This document shows positions 28,001 to 42,458 of a stretch of 64,000 nucleotides of DNA, in pieces. Source of the DNA: Adineta vaga (lineage: Eukaryota; Animalia; Rotifera); the NCBI GenBank assembly GCA_021613535.1, contig CP075495.1, forward strand, positions 11,780,001-11,844,000, written 5' to 3'. A program made the translations under genes and the position numbers. How positions within the stretch are numbered: the stretch's first letter is position 1; each line of letters starts with the position of its first letter. The notes below the pieces were generated by a model that was given only the letters and a program-made list of their open reading frames with translations, was not told where the DNA came from and did not search any database.

Positions 28001-31000
28001 ACAAGTACACTTTATTTAATTACATTTCCAGTTGAAATGGGTGATGTTCCTCTTCTCACCTGTATCTCATCATCAGTGAATACACCAAATGTTACTGAAG
28101 TAGTTCAAGGCGTCGAATCTGGTTCTAAAATTGCCTTTGAATTAGATGGTCAATTAACAAGCTATGTTGATTATACTAATCCAAATCTTACCCAAGCAAC
28201 TATCAAAAATACAATAAATAATCTATTTAGTATTCAATGCCCACCATCAATCAGTAGTGCTACAGCATCACCATCTGTTGTCTACTTAAAAGATTTTGAA
28301 ACAAATTGTGTCTACGATGAAACATCAATTACAACAAATGCATTCTGTGGACAATGTTCACAAAATGGTAATTCATTACTCAGTGGAAACAGTTTGTCCG
28401 GAAATTATTTATGTTTTGCATATCGTTTACTCAATAAATATGTTATATCAATTGGTCTCGGTATTCAAATAAATGGTGATATAACAACATTATCATGGGT
28501 ATCAATCCCATTTTCACCAATCGCTGATAAACTTTGGCATTACACATGTGTTGATGTTGGTGCACAACTTATTTCACAAGGTTCAATCGATTCATCATCT
28601 TCATTTGTTATTGTTTATGCGTGGCTTGATAAAAATATCCGAAAAGGAATCTTTCTCGATGTTGTATCTTTACGTACAGCATTACCAGATGGTTATGAAA
28701 GTTCAAGTTCATATCCGATTGATCAATCAGCCAGTTCATCATGTGTCTTTCCGTTTACCTATAACGGAAAACAATATTCAGCATGCACATTAGATAACAA
28801 TAACATTCCGGTTTGTGCTGATAGTAATAATGTAATATATCGATGTCAAAGTTCATCAATTGAAGGTGTTCGAAGATTGTATCCAAAACATCAACTCGTT
28901 TATAATACATTACAAGTAACATTTACACCTGGTAGTTCACAAATTACGACAGCTTTTCGATATACTAGTTGCGAAAAACCATCACTACTTGGAGCATCGC
29001 CATCAGCAGTAAGTTAATTCTTGTTTCTTGATCTTTTCTAAAAAAATTCAACTAATTCCGATATAGAGCGCAACAGTCGCACGTCAAGCTACAGCATCTG
29101 CTGCAGCAAATGGTACATTCGATCTTGTCTTCAATGGACAAACCTATGCATCAATACCAGTCAACATTTTACCATCAGATTTAGCGAATCGTTTACAATC
29201 ATCAGCTGATTTTGGATTTCTGAATATTCAACGTATAAACGATTGTACAGGTTATTCGTTTTTAATCGAATGGATTGCTAATGGTGGACAAAAATCGGCT
29301 ATTACCATCGCTAGTGCTGGTTCAGTGACACCAGCTGGCACAACAGTAACAGCATCCGTTGTACAGTCCGGTGGTGTTCTTTTCAATCCATTAACAGGAG
29401 ATTTAACACGAACTTATCATACAAATCCACAAGTAAAATAAAAACTTACTTTTTTTTAAAATAATCTTTATTGTCTACTCTGATTTTTCCAGATCGAAGT
29501 TTCCGTTGGTGGTTCTATTTCAAAATGTGATGGTACAACCACTTGTGATTATCAATGGTCACCGAGTCAAACTCCAACTGTATCATCAGTTGTACAAAGT
29601 GGTATGACATTAACTATTACAGGTACTGGATTTAGCACAATACCAAGTGCAAATCAAGTTATTATCGGTACATCTGGCTCATGCACAGTTACGGCTGCTA
29701 CCGTAACATCCCTTACATGTGCAATATCAGCTGCTCCAGCAGGCACCTATGGAATTCAAGTTAATGTTGCTGACAAAGGTTTAGCAACTGGTACAGCAAG
29801 TTCTGCAGTTACTGTTTCACTTCAAGTTACATCCATCTCACCAGTTCAAGGAGGAGCAGGTTAGTGCATAAATCGTAGAAGAAATAAAATGTGAAATAGA
29901 AATTTTGATTAACTTGTAGGTGGTGGTTATTCAATAAACGTCACTGGAACAGGCTTCTCATCAAATGCAGCAGTTACCATTGGCGGTAGTGCATGTATGA
30001 ATCCAACAGTGACTGACTTTTCATTAATAACATGTACTGTACCACCAACAACAGCTATCGTCAATACTCAAGCAGCGGTCGTTGTTACTTCTGGTTCATC
30101 TACAGCAACATCACCAACTCAATTTACTTATGATGTCACTAACACACCCTCAATTACATTAGCAAGTCCTAATGTTGTCAATATGGCAGGTGGACAATTG
30201 ACTATTACTGGTACTAATTTCGGTACTAGTTCTGTATCTGTTTTTGTTGGTTCAACAAAAGCAGACATTAAATCATTAACATCCAACCAAATCATTGCTG
30301 TTCTACCATCATTGGCACCAGGTCTCTATCCAGTTAAAGTTTCAACCGCTAATGGATATGCACGTCCAGCTGTTCAAATTGAATATCGTTTCTATGTTCA
30401 ATCAGTTTCACCACACGTCGGTTCATTATATGGTGGCAGTGATGTTTATGTACAAGGTGAAGGTTTCGATAGTTCAACAACCGTTGCATTCACTGATGGT
30501 ACTAATGATGTTACATGTGATGTTCAATCAGTTCAGCCAAATCAAATTCATTGTCAAACACAATCTGCTGCACCTCGTGTCATTGTCTCAGCCAATGGTG
30601 TTGATCCAACATATGGTAATGGATTTGCATGGTCACCACAATATGCAACTGTTCAACAAGGTGCTGTCGTTGAATGGCAATGGGGTTCATCAGCACTTTT
30701 ATCCTCATTAAATTATAAAGTTGTACAAGTCTCAAATGGTTATACAACAGTAGCATTATCAGGTGGCTTCGATTCTGGCAATACATCGGCATCAGGTACA
30801 GAAGGATATTTTGAATACAATAGTACTAGTTTACAACTATATTTTATCCTAGGATCATTTTCATATCAATTTCAAACTGTTGGAACATACTATTATTATA
30901 CTCCACCTGTTGATCAAGCTGGTTTAGTTTCAATGCGTGGTGTTGTCAATGTTGTCGCTGCTGAACCACGAACATTATCTGCCAAAGTATCATCAACGTC

Positions 31001-34000
31001 CTTTGCCGGTAATTATCGTTTTTTTCTCTAATCAACTATTGTATATAACAGAATTTTATTGATGAAAACGCTTTATTTTACAGCTCAATCATGTGCATTT
31101 CCATTCACATTCAATTCAGTTGCTTATACAGCATGTACTACAGCTAATGACACTCAATCATGGTGTTCACCAACAGCCATTTATACTGGTCAACGTCTCT
31201 ATTGCACACCAACAGGTATATATTTATTCATTTAATTCGAACCTATCCTATTTTTATCGAATATTTAGCTTCGGTACCTGCGCCATCATGTGGTTCAAGT
31301 TCATTGATTAATCCAAGTTCATGTACACAAACAGTTCCAACCAATGCTCTAGATCTTTTATTTACACCATGTACTATGGGTACTGTAACATCAATTTCGC
31401 CAGCCCAAGGTTCAGCAGGAACATCAATTACAATCACTGGAACAGGCTTCAGTTCAACAGTATGTGCTAATACTGTTCGTATCGGATCATCCTATCAATG
31501 TCCAATATCAAGTGCAACAACCACACAAATCGTTTGTCAAATTGCTTCAAATTCATTATTGAATGCAAAATCAATTCAAAATCTCTATGTTGCACAAGTT
31601 CGTCAAGGTTTCTTAAGTAATGATGGTCTTTTACAATTTCAATTTCAAGCGAAAATTACTAATATATCACCAACACAAGGTTCATATTTTTTATTGAAAA
31701 AAACATTACTTGTAATCTGTAATTTTGTTCTTGTTTAGGATCTGTTTCTGGAGGTACTCTTGTAACAATAACTGGTGATGGTTTCACACCTGCAGATACT
31801 CGAGTTATTGTTGGAAGTATTGAATATACATCATCAGCCACAATTACTTATACACAAATTCAATTCGTAACTGATGTACCACCAGCAGCTTACATTGATC
31901 AAGCCATTCCAGTTACTATCTTGATTGGTTCAAATCAAGCTGTATGTTCATTAGGATCATGTTCGTATAAATGGGCACGAGGTGCAACACCATCTCTTAC
32001 ATCAGTTAATCCAACATCAATCACTGGTCCACAAACATTAACATTGACTGGTCAAAATTTTCAAGCTGCTGGTTCACTCTCAGCAGCAAATGTTCATGTC
32101 ACTGTTAATGATGAACAATGCAACGTAACATCAGCCAATAATTCAACAATTATATGTAATATCGGTAGTATACAAGCTGGTAGCTATTCAATTGCTGTGT
32201 CAATTGATGGTATGAATAATACGAATGATAGTTCTAAAATGAGAAAAGAAAAACTCTTATTTATTTTTTACAGGTGTCGGAAACGTCGTTTCATCAGCAT
32301 CACTCACATCAACTGCAACTCTTTCAAGTGTCTCACCAGCATCGGGTAGTACATACGGTGGTGTTCTTCTTCAAATCAATGGAAATGGATTTGCTGGTTC
32401 AGAAAATAATACTCGAGTAACTATTGGTTCCGGTGTATGTACAATCGTTCAAATAACACCAGGTCAAATTCAATGTACAGTTCCAGCTCAAGGCTCCAGT
32501 GCATCAGTAGCAACAATTAATATTGTTTCAAATGGTGTCACTTTTCCAACATCACAATCATTTACTTATAGTGCAGCTGCAACACCAACGATTTCATCCA
32601 TTAGTCCATCATCAGGAACTGCTGGTCAAACATTAACTATTTCGGGTTCAAACTTTGTTAGTGGTCAAACAACTATTTCAATTGGTGGTACACCATGTGC
32701 AATCACTAGTATTTCATCATCATCCATTGTTTGTACAGTTGGTTCTAGTCCAGCTGGAAATCAACCAGTTATTGCTTCAATCGTCTCAACTGGTCGATCA
32801 GCTTCAACTACTCAATTCCAATATAATTTACAAGTTACCAGTGCATCACCATCACAAGGTGGTTTCGGTGGTGGTCAAACAGTAACTGTCAACGGTGATG
32901 GATTCAATGCTTCAAGTGTTGCTGTCACCATCTGTAATACTGCTTGTCAATCTGTGTCTATTCTATCCAATACACAATTAACATGTGTAACACCAACAGC
33001 AACATATCAAGCTGCAGATAAATCATGTAGTTTAACAGTAACAATTGGCGGTTTAGCACAAAGTGTATCCTATGTTTATAAAGCAAGTTTAACAGCTACT
33101 GTTTCATCCGCTAGTCCAGCACGAGGTGGAACTGGTGGTGGTACAACATTAACAATTACGGGTACAAACTTTCCGTAAGATATTTTGAAAACTTTCTCAA
33201 AAATGAAAAGCAAGCTGTTTATTTTGATTTTTAGAGCATTAGTTAATGCAGTAACAGTCAGCATTGCTGGTTCACCATGTTCTGTACAAACAATTTCAGC
33301 GACAACAATTACTTGTTTAACAGGTAGTTATGCGCAAACAACAGTTCAAGCGCCAGTCATTGTCAATCTTGTCAATGGTGGTAATGCTATTGGTTCAGCA
33401 CAGTTTCAATATATCGATCTTTGGTCAAGTCCATGGACATGGGGAGGTGATTCACCACCTGAAGAAGGTACCATTGTGTCAATCGATAGTGGTAAAACAG
33501 TCTATTTTGATACAACAACACCAATTCTTAAAGCTGTTATTGTTGATAATGCATCATTGATCTTCGATGATAATCAAGACGTCGCTTTGAATGTTGAATA
33601 TATCTTAGTCGTTAATGGTGGTCGTTTACAGATTGGTACAGAATCGAATCCATTCCAACATAAAGCAGTTATCACAATGTATGGTCATTTACGTTCAATT
33701 GAATTACCAATATGTAAGACATAAGTTTTTTTTTTCTGTCAAAAGAAATCTATAGAATCTTTTTCATTATAGTTGGAGCTAAAGTTTTAGCTTTACGCGA
33801 AGGTATTGTTGATATGCATGGTGCACAAGTCGTTCAAACATGGACACGTTTAGCGTCAACAGCTACTGCTGGAGCAACACAAATCACTCTTCGTCAATCG
33901 GTTAATTGGCCAGTTGGTAGTACAATCGTTATTGCAACAACCGGTGATCATAATAGTCAAGGAGAAACTGAAACACGTACTATTACAGCTATATCAGCAA

Positions 34001-37000
34001 ATGGACTTACGCTCACATTGAATGCACCATTAACGTATAGTCATTTGGGTGTAACAAAAAATCTCGGTTCAGCATCCGTTGATGCTCGTGCTGAAGTTGG
34101 TCTTTTATCACATAACGTTATCTTCCGAGGTTCATTGAAAGATATTTTTGTAAAAGAATTCTTTTATAAAATTTTCTTTTATACATTTAGGTTCAACTAC
34201 CGAATCATGGAATACAACAATTGAAGCTTGTCCAACTGGTTTCAATCCAGGTAAATATTGTCTTAAAATTTTATAGCAAAATTTGCATATACAATCGAAT
34301 AGGTGAATTTGCTGTTCAAACATGTTTTCTCGGTCGATATGGACAAGAAATTGGTTCAGATCAATTTGGTGCAACAATTATGGCTAGTGCTAGTGATGCT
34401 AGTTCCACTGGAGTACAAAAAGTCATTCTTCGTTTATCAAATATCGAAGTAAAGCATTTCAATTCATTTTTTTTATTCCTCATTGATTATCTTTCTCAAT
34501 TGATTGATTAGGTATTTAATGCTGGTCAAGCTTTCCGTCTTGGTCGTTATCCAGTCCACTTCCATATGAATGGAAATATGAGTTTATCCTACATTAAATC
34601 ATCATCTATTCATCAAACATTCAATCGAGCTGTGAATATTCATGCCAGTCATTATTTAACTGTTGAAAACAATGTTATCTACAATATCATGTAAATAAAA
34701 CACGATTTTTGTTCAAATATATATATATATATATACATTTCTTCTTCATCATATATATTTTCAGGGGTGGTGCTATGTTTTTAGAAGATGGTGTTGAAAC
34801 TGGTAATGCTTTACGTGGTAATTTAGCTGTCTTTGTTCGAACAAGTTCCAGTCTACTCAATGAGGATGTTACACCAGCTGCTTTCTGGGTATATTTTTCA
34901 AACAAAAAAAAAAGAAGAAAACTTATCATTTAAATATTGCTGTTTTTTCTCGCTTAGGTTACTAATCCAAACAATATTGTTGAAAATAATGCTGTTGCTG
35001 GTGGTACACATTTTGGTTACTGGTATCGAATGCTTGAAACACCAGATGGACCATCATTTGCCATGTATCCAAATCAATGTCCATATCGTCAACAATTTGG
35101 TCGCTTCTTTAACAATAGTGTTCATAGTACTGGTCGCTTCGGTGTCTGGATCTTTCCAGAATATTCACCAACTGTTGCTGGTAGTTGCTACAATGATACA
35201 CCATATCAAGCCGTATTCGATGGATTAGTGTCATGGAAAAATAATCGTGGTTTTGAATGGGTTATGTCGAGTAGTGTTCAAATTCGAAATGCTATCGTCT
35301 TCGATAATGCTGATACTGGTCTTCGATGTGTTACAGCTATTAATCATCAATCAACTAGTCTTCCAAATCTTCGTGCTACATTCTATAATGAAAATACTGG
35401 TTCATCAGTTATCAATTCCATTGTTGTTGGTGATTCACAAGTATCATCAACTCCAGTCGTTCCAACAGAAGGTGGTCTTGTTGGTAAGTTGTGTTAAAAT
35501 ATTGAATGAAAAAGAAAATTGTTTTACGATTACGTTTCCCTTACTAATTATAGTTATGTGGGATCGTGGTTTACGTGTACGCAATGTCTCATTTATTAAC
35601 TTTCCAAGTTCGAACACACAAGCTATTTTTGGTCCAGTCATTGCTGGTCGTTGTCTTATCTACTGCGGAGGTATGATAAAAACAAAAACAAATAATTGAT
35701 TTATATTTTATTGAAAAATAGGTTGGTTAACAAAATTCTCTCAATTATCATTCACAAATGTAGCAGTTCGTGGTAATTTTCGTTGGCCATACGATGGTCT
35801 CTATCAAGATGAAGATGGTACATTAGCCAACGCTGCAGGTAGTGTTATTCTTTCACCCGATGGTCTTTGGAATACATCTAATGCATGTACACCGACACCT
35901 AATTTTCTTAATGCTGTCACTTGTCCATCATCATTGGGTAATTGGATTCGATTTGCTTTCAATAATGCTAATCTCGGTAAAAATGCTGAAGTTTTAAATA
36001 TCTATGATAATGCAAATCATCATACTGTCGTACTCAATCTTAAAAAACGATTAACACATACAAATGGTTATATGATGAATTTATTAGCTAAAAAATCTTA
36101 TCTATTTCAATTCCAAAATGCTAATGTAAAGTTTTATTTTTATTCAATCATATGTCTAATATGTATTTGTGATCATTTTTTATTCATAGAGCTCAGTCAA
36201 TTTATCATATACTGGTGTCGCTTACAGTTTAACTCCTGGTGATTATATTATTGTTCGTCATAATGTTGATTATATACCTGATCGTGTTTCCATCTTATCA
36301 AGTACACCAGTTAGTGGATCAAGTTCACCACTTACATCTGCAAGTAACAATGGTGATTGGTATTATGATAATAGTACACATGAGTTTTCATATATTGGTA
36401 AGTATTCTTCTAACAACGATATTTTCATCGAATAATTTTATTTGTTATAATTCAGTTAAAAATCCATCAACAAATACTGTTCAAACTGATGTTACGATTT
36501 TATTGAATGTTGTTAAATGTCGATATCCAAATTGTGAACTACCAGCTCAACCAGGTCTTGAATTACCAGCTACAGTTCGACCAACAAATGCTTTATATTG
36601 GTCCAATGATTCCGATTGGGCTTTTGCCTTACCAGGCTTTGGTGGATATGGTAAAAGAATTTAATCATCTAAACACATATATTTATGAACGATTATTGTT
36701 CGATATTTTTTAGGAAGTGTTAAACCAGGTGATGATACAAATATTTATATTCCTCGTGGCATCTGGCTTGTTGCTAACCATCCTTTACCACGCGTTCGTT
36801 CATTACGTGTCGATGGTGTTCTTGAATTCGAACAAGTAAAGATTCGAGATTCTATTCAAGTGAATTCATCGTTTTTCATGTGCATCTTTTTTTCCAGGGT
36901 ATTAATAATGTTCTCAATGTCGAAAGTATTCTCATCAATGGTGGTCAATTAATTGTTGGTATGTATCTTAATTTATTTATCGGAACTATTTTCACAATAT

Positions 37001-40000
37001 ATAATTGCTCATAGGTTGGCCCAATAATCCACTTACATCCAATGTTGATATTGTCATTACTGGTTCATCTTCAGTCAACGTTTTATTACCAAATGATGGT
37101 GGATCACTTGGACCTCGTGTAATCGGTGTTTTAGGTGGTCTTGATCTTCATGGTATTTCACGAAATGTTTCATGGACACGTCTTGCTACAACAGCATCTG
37201 CAGGTCAAACTTCAATTACATTAAGTGAACCAGTCGATTGGGTTGCTGGTGATGAAATTATTCTTACAACAACTGATACTCGAATTGAACATATAGAACG
37301 AAATACTGTCGTCAGTGTTAGTGGTGCAGTAGTAACATTGAAGAATGCTCTTGCTTATACACATATTGTCATCGATAATGTATTTCCAAATGGTCAAATC
37401 TATCATGTTGCTGGTGCTGTAGGTTTGTTAACAAGAAATGTTCGTGTCATCAATCGAAGTCCAGCATCAGAAAAAATGGGTTTCCGTGTACTTGTGACAG
37501 ATTATGCTACCGACGTTTACAATGAAGCAGGAAATGAGTATATCTATACATATTATAAAGGTTATGCACGTTTGTCCAACGCACAATTTATTGGTTTCGG
37601 TCAATTTGTTGATGCTCCCAATGAAGATAAACGTGAAGCTATTCATATATATAATCTTGGTGATTGGAATGCATCACGACCAACCTATATCGATTCATGT
37701 TCATTTGATACTGGTTATTATTCAGCGTACGTATCTATGAGAAAGATTTTGATTTACTTATGTTCGTTTTCTCTTCATATAGAATTGGTGTATGGGATTC
37801 CAATGGTGTTCCAGTTACAAATAATGTTATTTATCGAACATATGAATCAGCTATTGTTGTTACAGGAAAGAATAATATTATTCAGAAAAATCTTGTTACA
37901 AATGTCTATTGGTCTGGTGAAGCACAACCAGAATATGCTGCATTTAATATCAACAATGATGGTGCTATTATGTCACGAGATGCAACTAGTGTTATTATGA
38001 GAGTAAATTGATTGAGTTCATATAAATCGAACAATTCACTAATCAATTTATTTTAGGATAATTTGGTATCTGGTGCACAACGTCAAGCTTATCGTATTCA
38101 AGGAAATGCATGTCCAGGAGTAGTTTTACCAAATGATACTGTCAACGATTATGACAATAATGAAGCTCATTCAGTTATGGCTGGTGTTAACATGTGGCCA
38201 AATGATAAAGGTTTCGATTATGATACAGGTAAGTGACGAAATGAAAGATGATATTCATTGTAATATGAAATAAAAATTCTTCCTTTTTAGATTGTGTATT
38301 AGTCAAAGGTTTCAAGTAAGTTAAAAAATATTTTCTTTTCAATTGTTTACAATAAATGTTATTCTTTTAATAGTACTTACAAAGCTTGGTACTATGGTTT
38401 ATATCTCAATACTAAACATAATATTATTGTTGATTCATGTAAAATAGCCGATAGTAGTGTTGGTATTTTCACACTTGTTCTTGGTCCTGCATGTAATTAT
38501 CTTTGATAATAAAAAAATGAATGCAATTATGTCATTATTACTTGTTTTGTCTTTTTTCTTTTCTAGCAACATCACATGTATTCAAAAACAGTTCAGTCAT
38601 CATCCGTAATTCAATAGTTATCGGTGCTATTACACCAAACGATTGTAGCGATACTCCAGATCGTGATACATTGAGCGCAGCCAACAGTAATACAGCAGTT
38701 CCCCGTGTATCAGCGTCATCATCGGAAGGTAGTCCAGGTGGACGAACAGGCATATCATTTCCATACTTCACACGTGACAATATGATTCCACGTCATCCAT
38801 ATACAAGTATTGGTGCTTATCCATGCAGTAAGTTATTAAATCGAATAATCATCATTTTCAAGCATACAATTTCTATTTGTAGTTGGTGGTTTAATGACCG
38901 TGACTAATGTCACGTTTGGTTATTTCAATGATGTATGTTCACGTCGTGATATTGCTATTCAAGTTTCACAAAATAATGATGATGGTCAACATCCAGTTAC
39001 AACCAATCGATTATCAGTTTATAATACACCATCATCAAATTTAGTTTTTAATGGACGACCAAATCTTGATCTTGTCAATCCAAGTGATTGTGTTGGTAAG
39101 AAATCAACGATTTCTAATAATATGCATTGTTTTATTTAATGCTTACTCATTTGAATTCGATTCTTTTTAGATATGGATTGTGATGGTTTGAAAAAGAGTT
39201 TACTTATTGATACTGACGGTAGCTTCTTCGGTCAACCATCAACTGTCTTCTCTCAATCTGAATATCTATGGGGTAATTTCTTTAATGTTGTGTACCGGTA
39301 TATATTCCTATATCTTCCTCATCCTATTCAGGTAATCAAGCTCATGGCATTGGTGACTATCGTATTCCAAAAGTAGCCTTGTCGAATCTTACCGGACAAA
39401 TGATCAATATCAATGTTCAATATCCAAATCGTGGTATTGGTCATACACCATCATGTACTTACCAATCATCATATCAAATGTATTTATGTCCAAATATTGT
39501 CAATTATCGCATGTTAAATATTGAAAGTATGGATGCTGATACAGAAACACGACGACTTTCACCAGTGGCTGTGTTTTCTGATACTGGTTATATTGATCTT
39601 ATCAATGGTCCACAAGATCATGGTTGGTGCAATGGTTATACATGTCAAAAACGTGTTTCAACATTTATGTCAATTGTTCAAGGAGGACATCATTATGATA
39701 TTTATCTATCAAGTACAACACCAGATCATATGCGTTTCCGTTTACTTAATGCTGACTCAACAATCCTTACATCATTAGCTCTCTATTATGATTCATTACA
39801 ACAAGTTGATGTTTATGCAAATGACATTTATGTTTCACCAACAAATCGTGATAATAGTTATCAATATCTGATGTTAAAAGATCAACCATCCGGCATTACT
39901 TTTTCGTCTGCATCTGGTACAAATTATTTCAATAGGTAAAGAGATTTGTAGTTTTGTTTTCTATATACATTGCTTTCTTTTCAAAAATTTAGAACAACAC

Positions 40001-42155
40001 AAATGGCATCATTTCTAATCGATGGCATCACTGTTATCGATTTGAAGATTTCTGAACTCATCATTCTTACATTTGGTTTACCAGCTACTACACCATCAGC
40101 ATTCTTTACTACAAATTTAGTCGCCAATTTAGCTAGTTTACTCCGTCTCTGTTGATAAGATTCGACGTGTTAATATCATCTCAGCAAATAATGATACGTA
40201 CGTATTTGAAACATATTATTTTGAGAGTTTTCATGAAAATTTTCTCATATATTTTTTGTAGTCGTGTTCGTCGTCAAGCAGTGAATGTTGCAACAATTAT
40301 GTTACGCGTTGAAATACGTAATGATCCACCTCAAAGTCTATCTGCTGGAAATCAAGTATCATCTGATGAAATTGCCAATATAACTTCCGCTATTATCAAT
40401 GGATTTCAATCAAATGAAACACAACAAGTATGGCAAAATAATCCTTCAACAGGTGGTGTTTTTCCTGTCAGTTTAACTGTCCAAGAACCAAATAGTCGAG
40501 ATGCCGTAGCATTGAGTGTCATTAGTCGTTTAGTATTAATTACTCCACCATCATCATGTCGTTTACAATCTGCATGTGATGTTCAACCAAAACTTGTTGC
40601 TTATGATGCATCAGGAAATGTAATTGATAAATTAGGTTCAATAGATCAACCATGGCAAGTCATTGGCGTTGTTGTTGGTCAATCGGGTATTAATCTTATT
40701 GGTCCAATTGCTAATTATTCTAGTGGACAAACACAATATACAAATTTTGGTATCACAGCAACTGGTTCATATCGTATTGAATTTCGATTCCTTACACCAA
40801 ATGGTGTTAGCAAGTAAGCATCTATTTTGAAAGACACGTTACATGATGATTCGAAAATGATTTCCTTTTCTTTTAGTGCATTTGTTGCTAGTGCTAATCT
40901 TATTGTAACTTCATCATCAGTATCAGTTGGTAACGCAATCTTAGCTGCTAAACAATGTGACGATGTCACTGTCGTTTCTATCAATGAAACATTCAATATT
41001 TCGACTATTATTGTTGATAAAATCTCGAAAATTAAAATCGGAAATATTCAATGGAGTACCTTTGTGTGGTCAGCTACTGTTTCACTCTATACTTCATTAC
41101 AACATAAATGTAATGGAACATTAATTCGAACAGCATCATCAAGAATTATTGTCGATACAACAGCTGGTACAATAACAGCAACAGATCTAGCAATCGATGC
41201 TGTTGGAATGTATATCATCACAGTTGAATTAAGATCATCCGATAATCAATATTTTATTACAATGACATCAAATGGTATACTCGTGAAAAAGACATCGAGT
41301 AAGTGATAAATTATATTTGTTTTGATATGTACAAAATACATTTGTTATTTCAATAGCTGTTCTAAATGTGTATGACGGTTATCCACCATCGAATGTAACA
41401 TTTAAAGGTGATTATGACGCATTGGTAAGCAGCGATCGTCTTGAAATTACACGTGCAGCGATTTATAATTATCTTAAATACAAACTTCGTATACCAATAA
41501 ATAGTGACGTCGTTTTACGAAAAGGTTCGTTAATAAAGAAAAATGCTGTTTCTTTTCGTACGTGATATGCTCTTATTTATTTATAGGCAGTATCATCGCA
41601 GGTTTCAGTTCAAGTGCTCCAAATATCGATGATGCTGTTAATATTCAAGCAGCTGTTCAAAGTTTAACAGGCAGTGGGACAGGAGCTATCGAATCTCTCG
41701 AAGTACAATCAGTAAATATCGAAGGCAAATCGTCTGAAGTTGCATCTACGACAGAGTCGGATAACTCTAAAATTGGAATGATCATTGGTATTGTTGTTGG
41801 CGTTGTTGGTGCTCTCGCTGTTGCAGTTGGTTCAGCATTTGGTATTCACAAATATCACGCAAACAAGAAGGGTCAACGTCTTGTGAATGTGAATGATGAA
41901 GAAGCTTCATTATCAAATAATTCACCAGTACAAAACAATGCTAATACAACTCAACCAAACAATAGCCAGTCAAATGTAACACGTCGTACATCTGTTACAC
42001 CAACCGATGTACCAAAACCAAGTAGTAATGGTCCTCAACCATCATCTGGAAATGGACAACGAGTTCCATCTGCTGCACTTAGTGTTACAACAATTGGATT
42101 AGAAAATAATGCAGCTTCACTAATGCCACCCGTTGAACTCATCAGTTTCAATTAA
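25088..42155 (+). CDS. PKHD1L1: Fibrocystin-L (PKHD1L1-like) giant type I membrane protein, about 49 exons; one frameshift at about 40144
   Basis: Signal peptide; many IPT/TIG repeats; PA14-like domain; cupredoxin-like domain; two G8 domains (WSSPWTWGGDSPPEEG...); beta-helix repeats; family motifs CPTGFNPGEFAVQTCFLGRYGQEIGSDQFG, AGQAFRLGRYPVHFH, VNPSDCVDMDCDGLKK, GPQDHGWCNGYTCQKRVSTF; furin-like RVRR; TM helix at 41772-41846. Confidence 0.93.
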
Positions 42156-42458
42156 ATTCAACATAACTGAGTTTTTGTTTTCAAGTGAACAATATATCCA
42201 TTTATATACTTTCTTCTCTTCATACTTAGCGTTCTCTCTCTCATACACACACAGTAGTTCTTCAATTTCAGTTTCTCTTAATCATTTCTCTTTCTCAATT
42301 TAATTTCCTAATAAATTCGTACTTAGAAAAACTGTTGTACACCAACCAGAAATTCGAAAGAAAGGAAGAATTGTTTGATTAAAATATCGACTTTATAAAG
42401 ATATCATTTACAATCTTAATCAGAATATTTCAACAAAACATGGAAACGATTATTCAAA

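Noticed and set aside
28548-39778. Many His/Gln/Leu-rich alternative-frame ORFs within PKHD1L1 (and similar ones within MAP3K4)
   Set aside because: Off-frame products of biased codon usage (TCA/ACA/CAA); no sign of overlapping genes.
40145-40159. 15-nt GT...AG micro-intron that might repair the PKHD1L1 frameshift
   Set aside because: It is a multiple of three, so removal keeps the wrong frame and reaches TAA; it is also far below local intron size.
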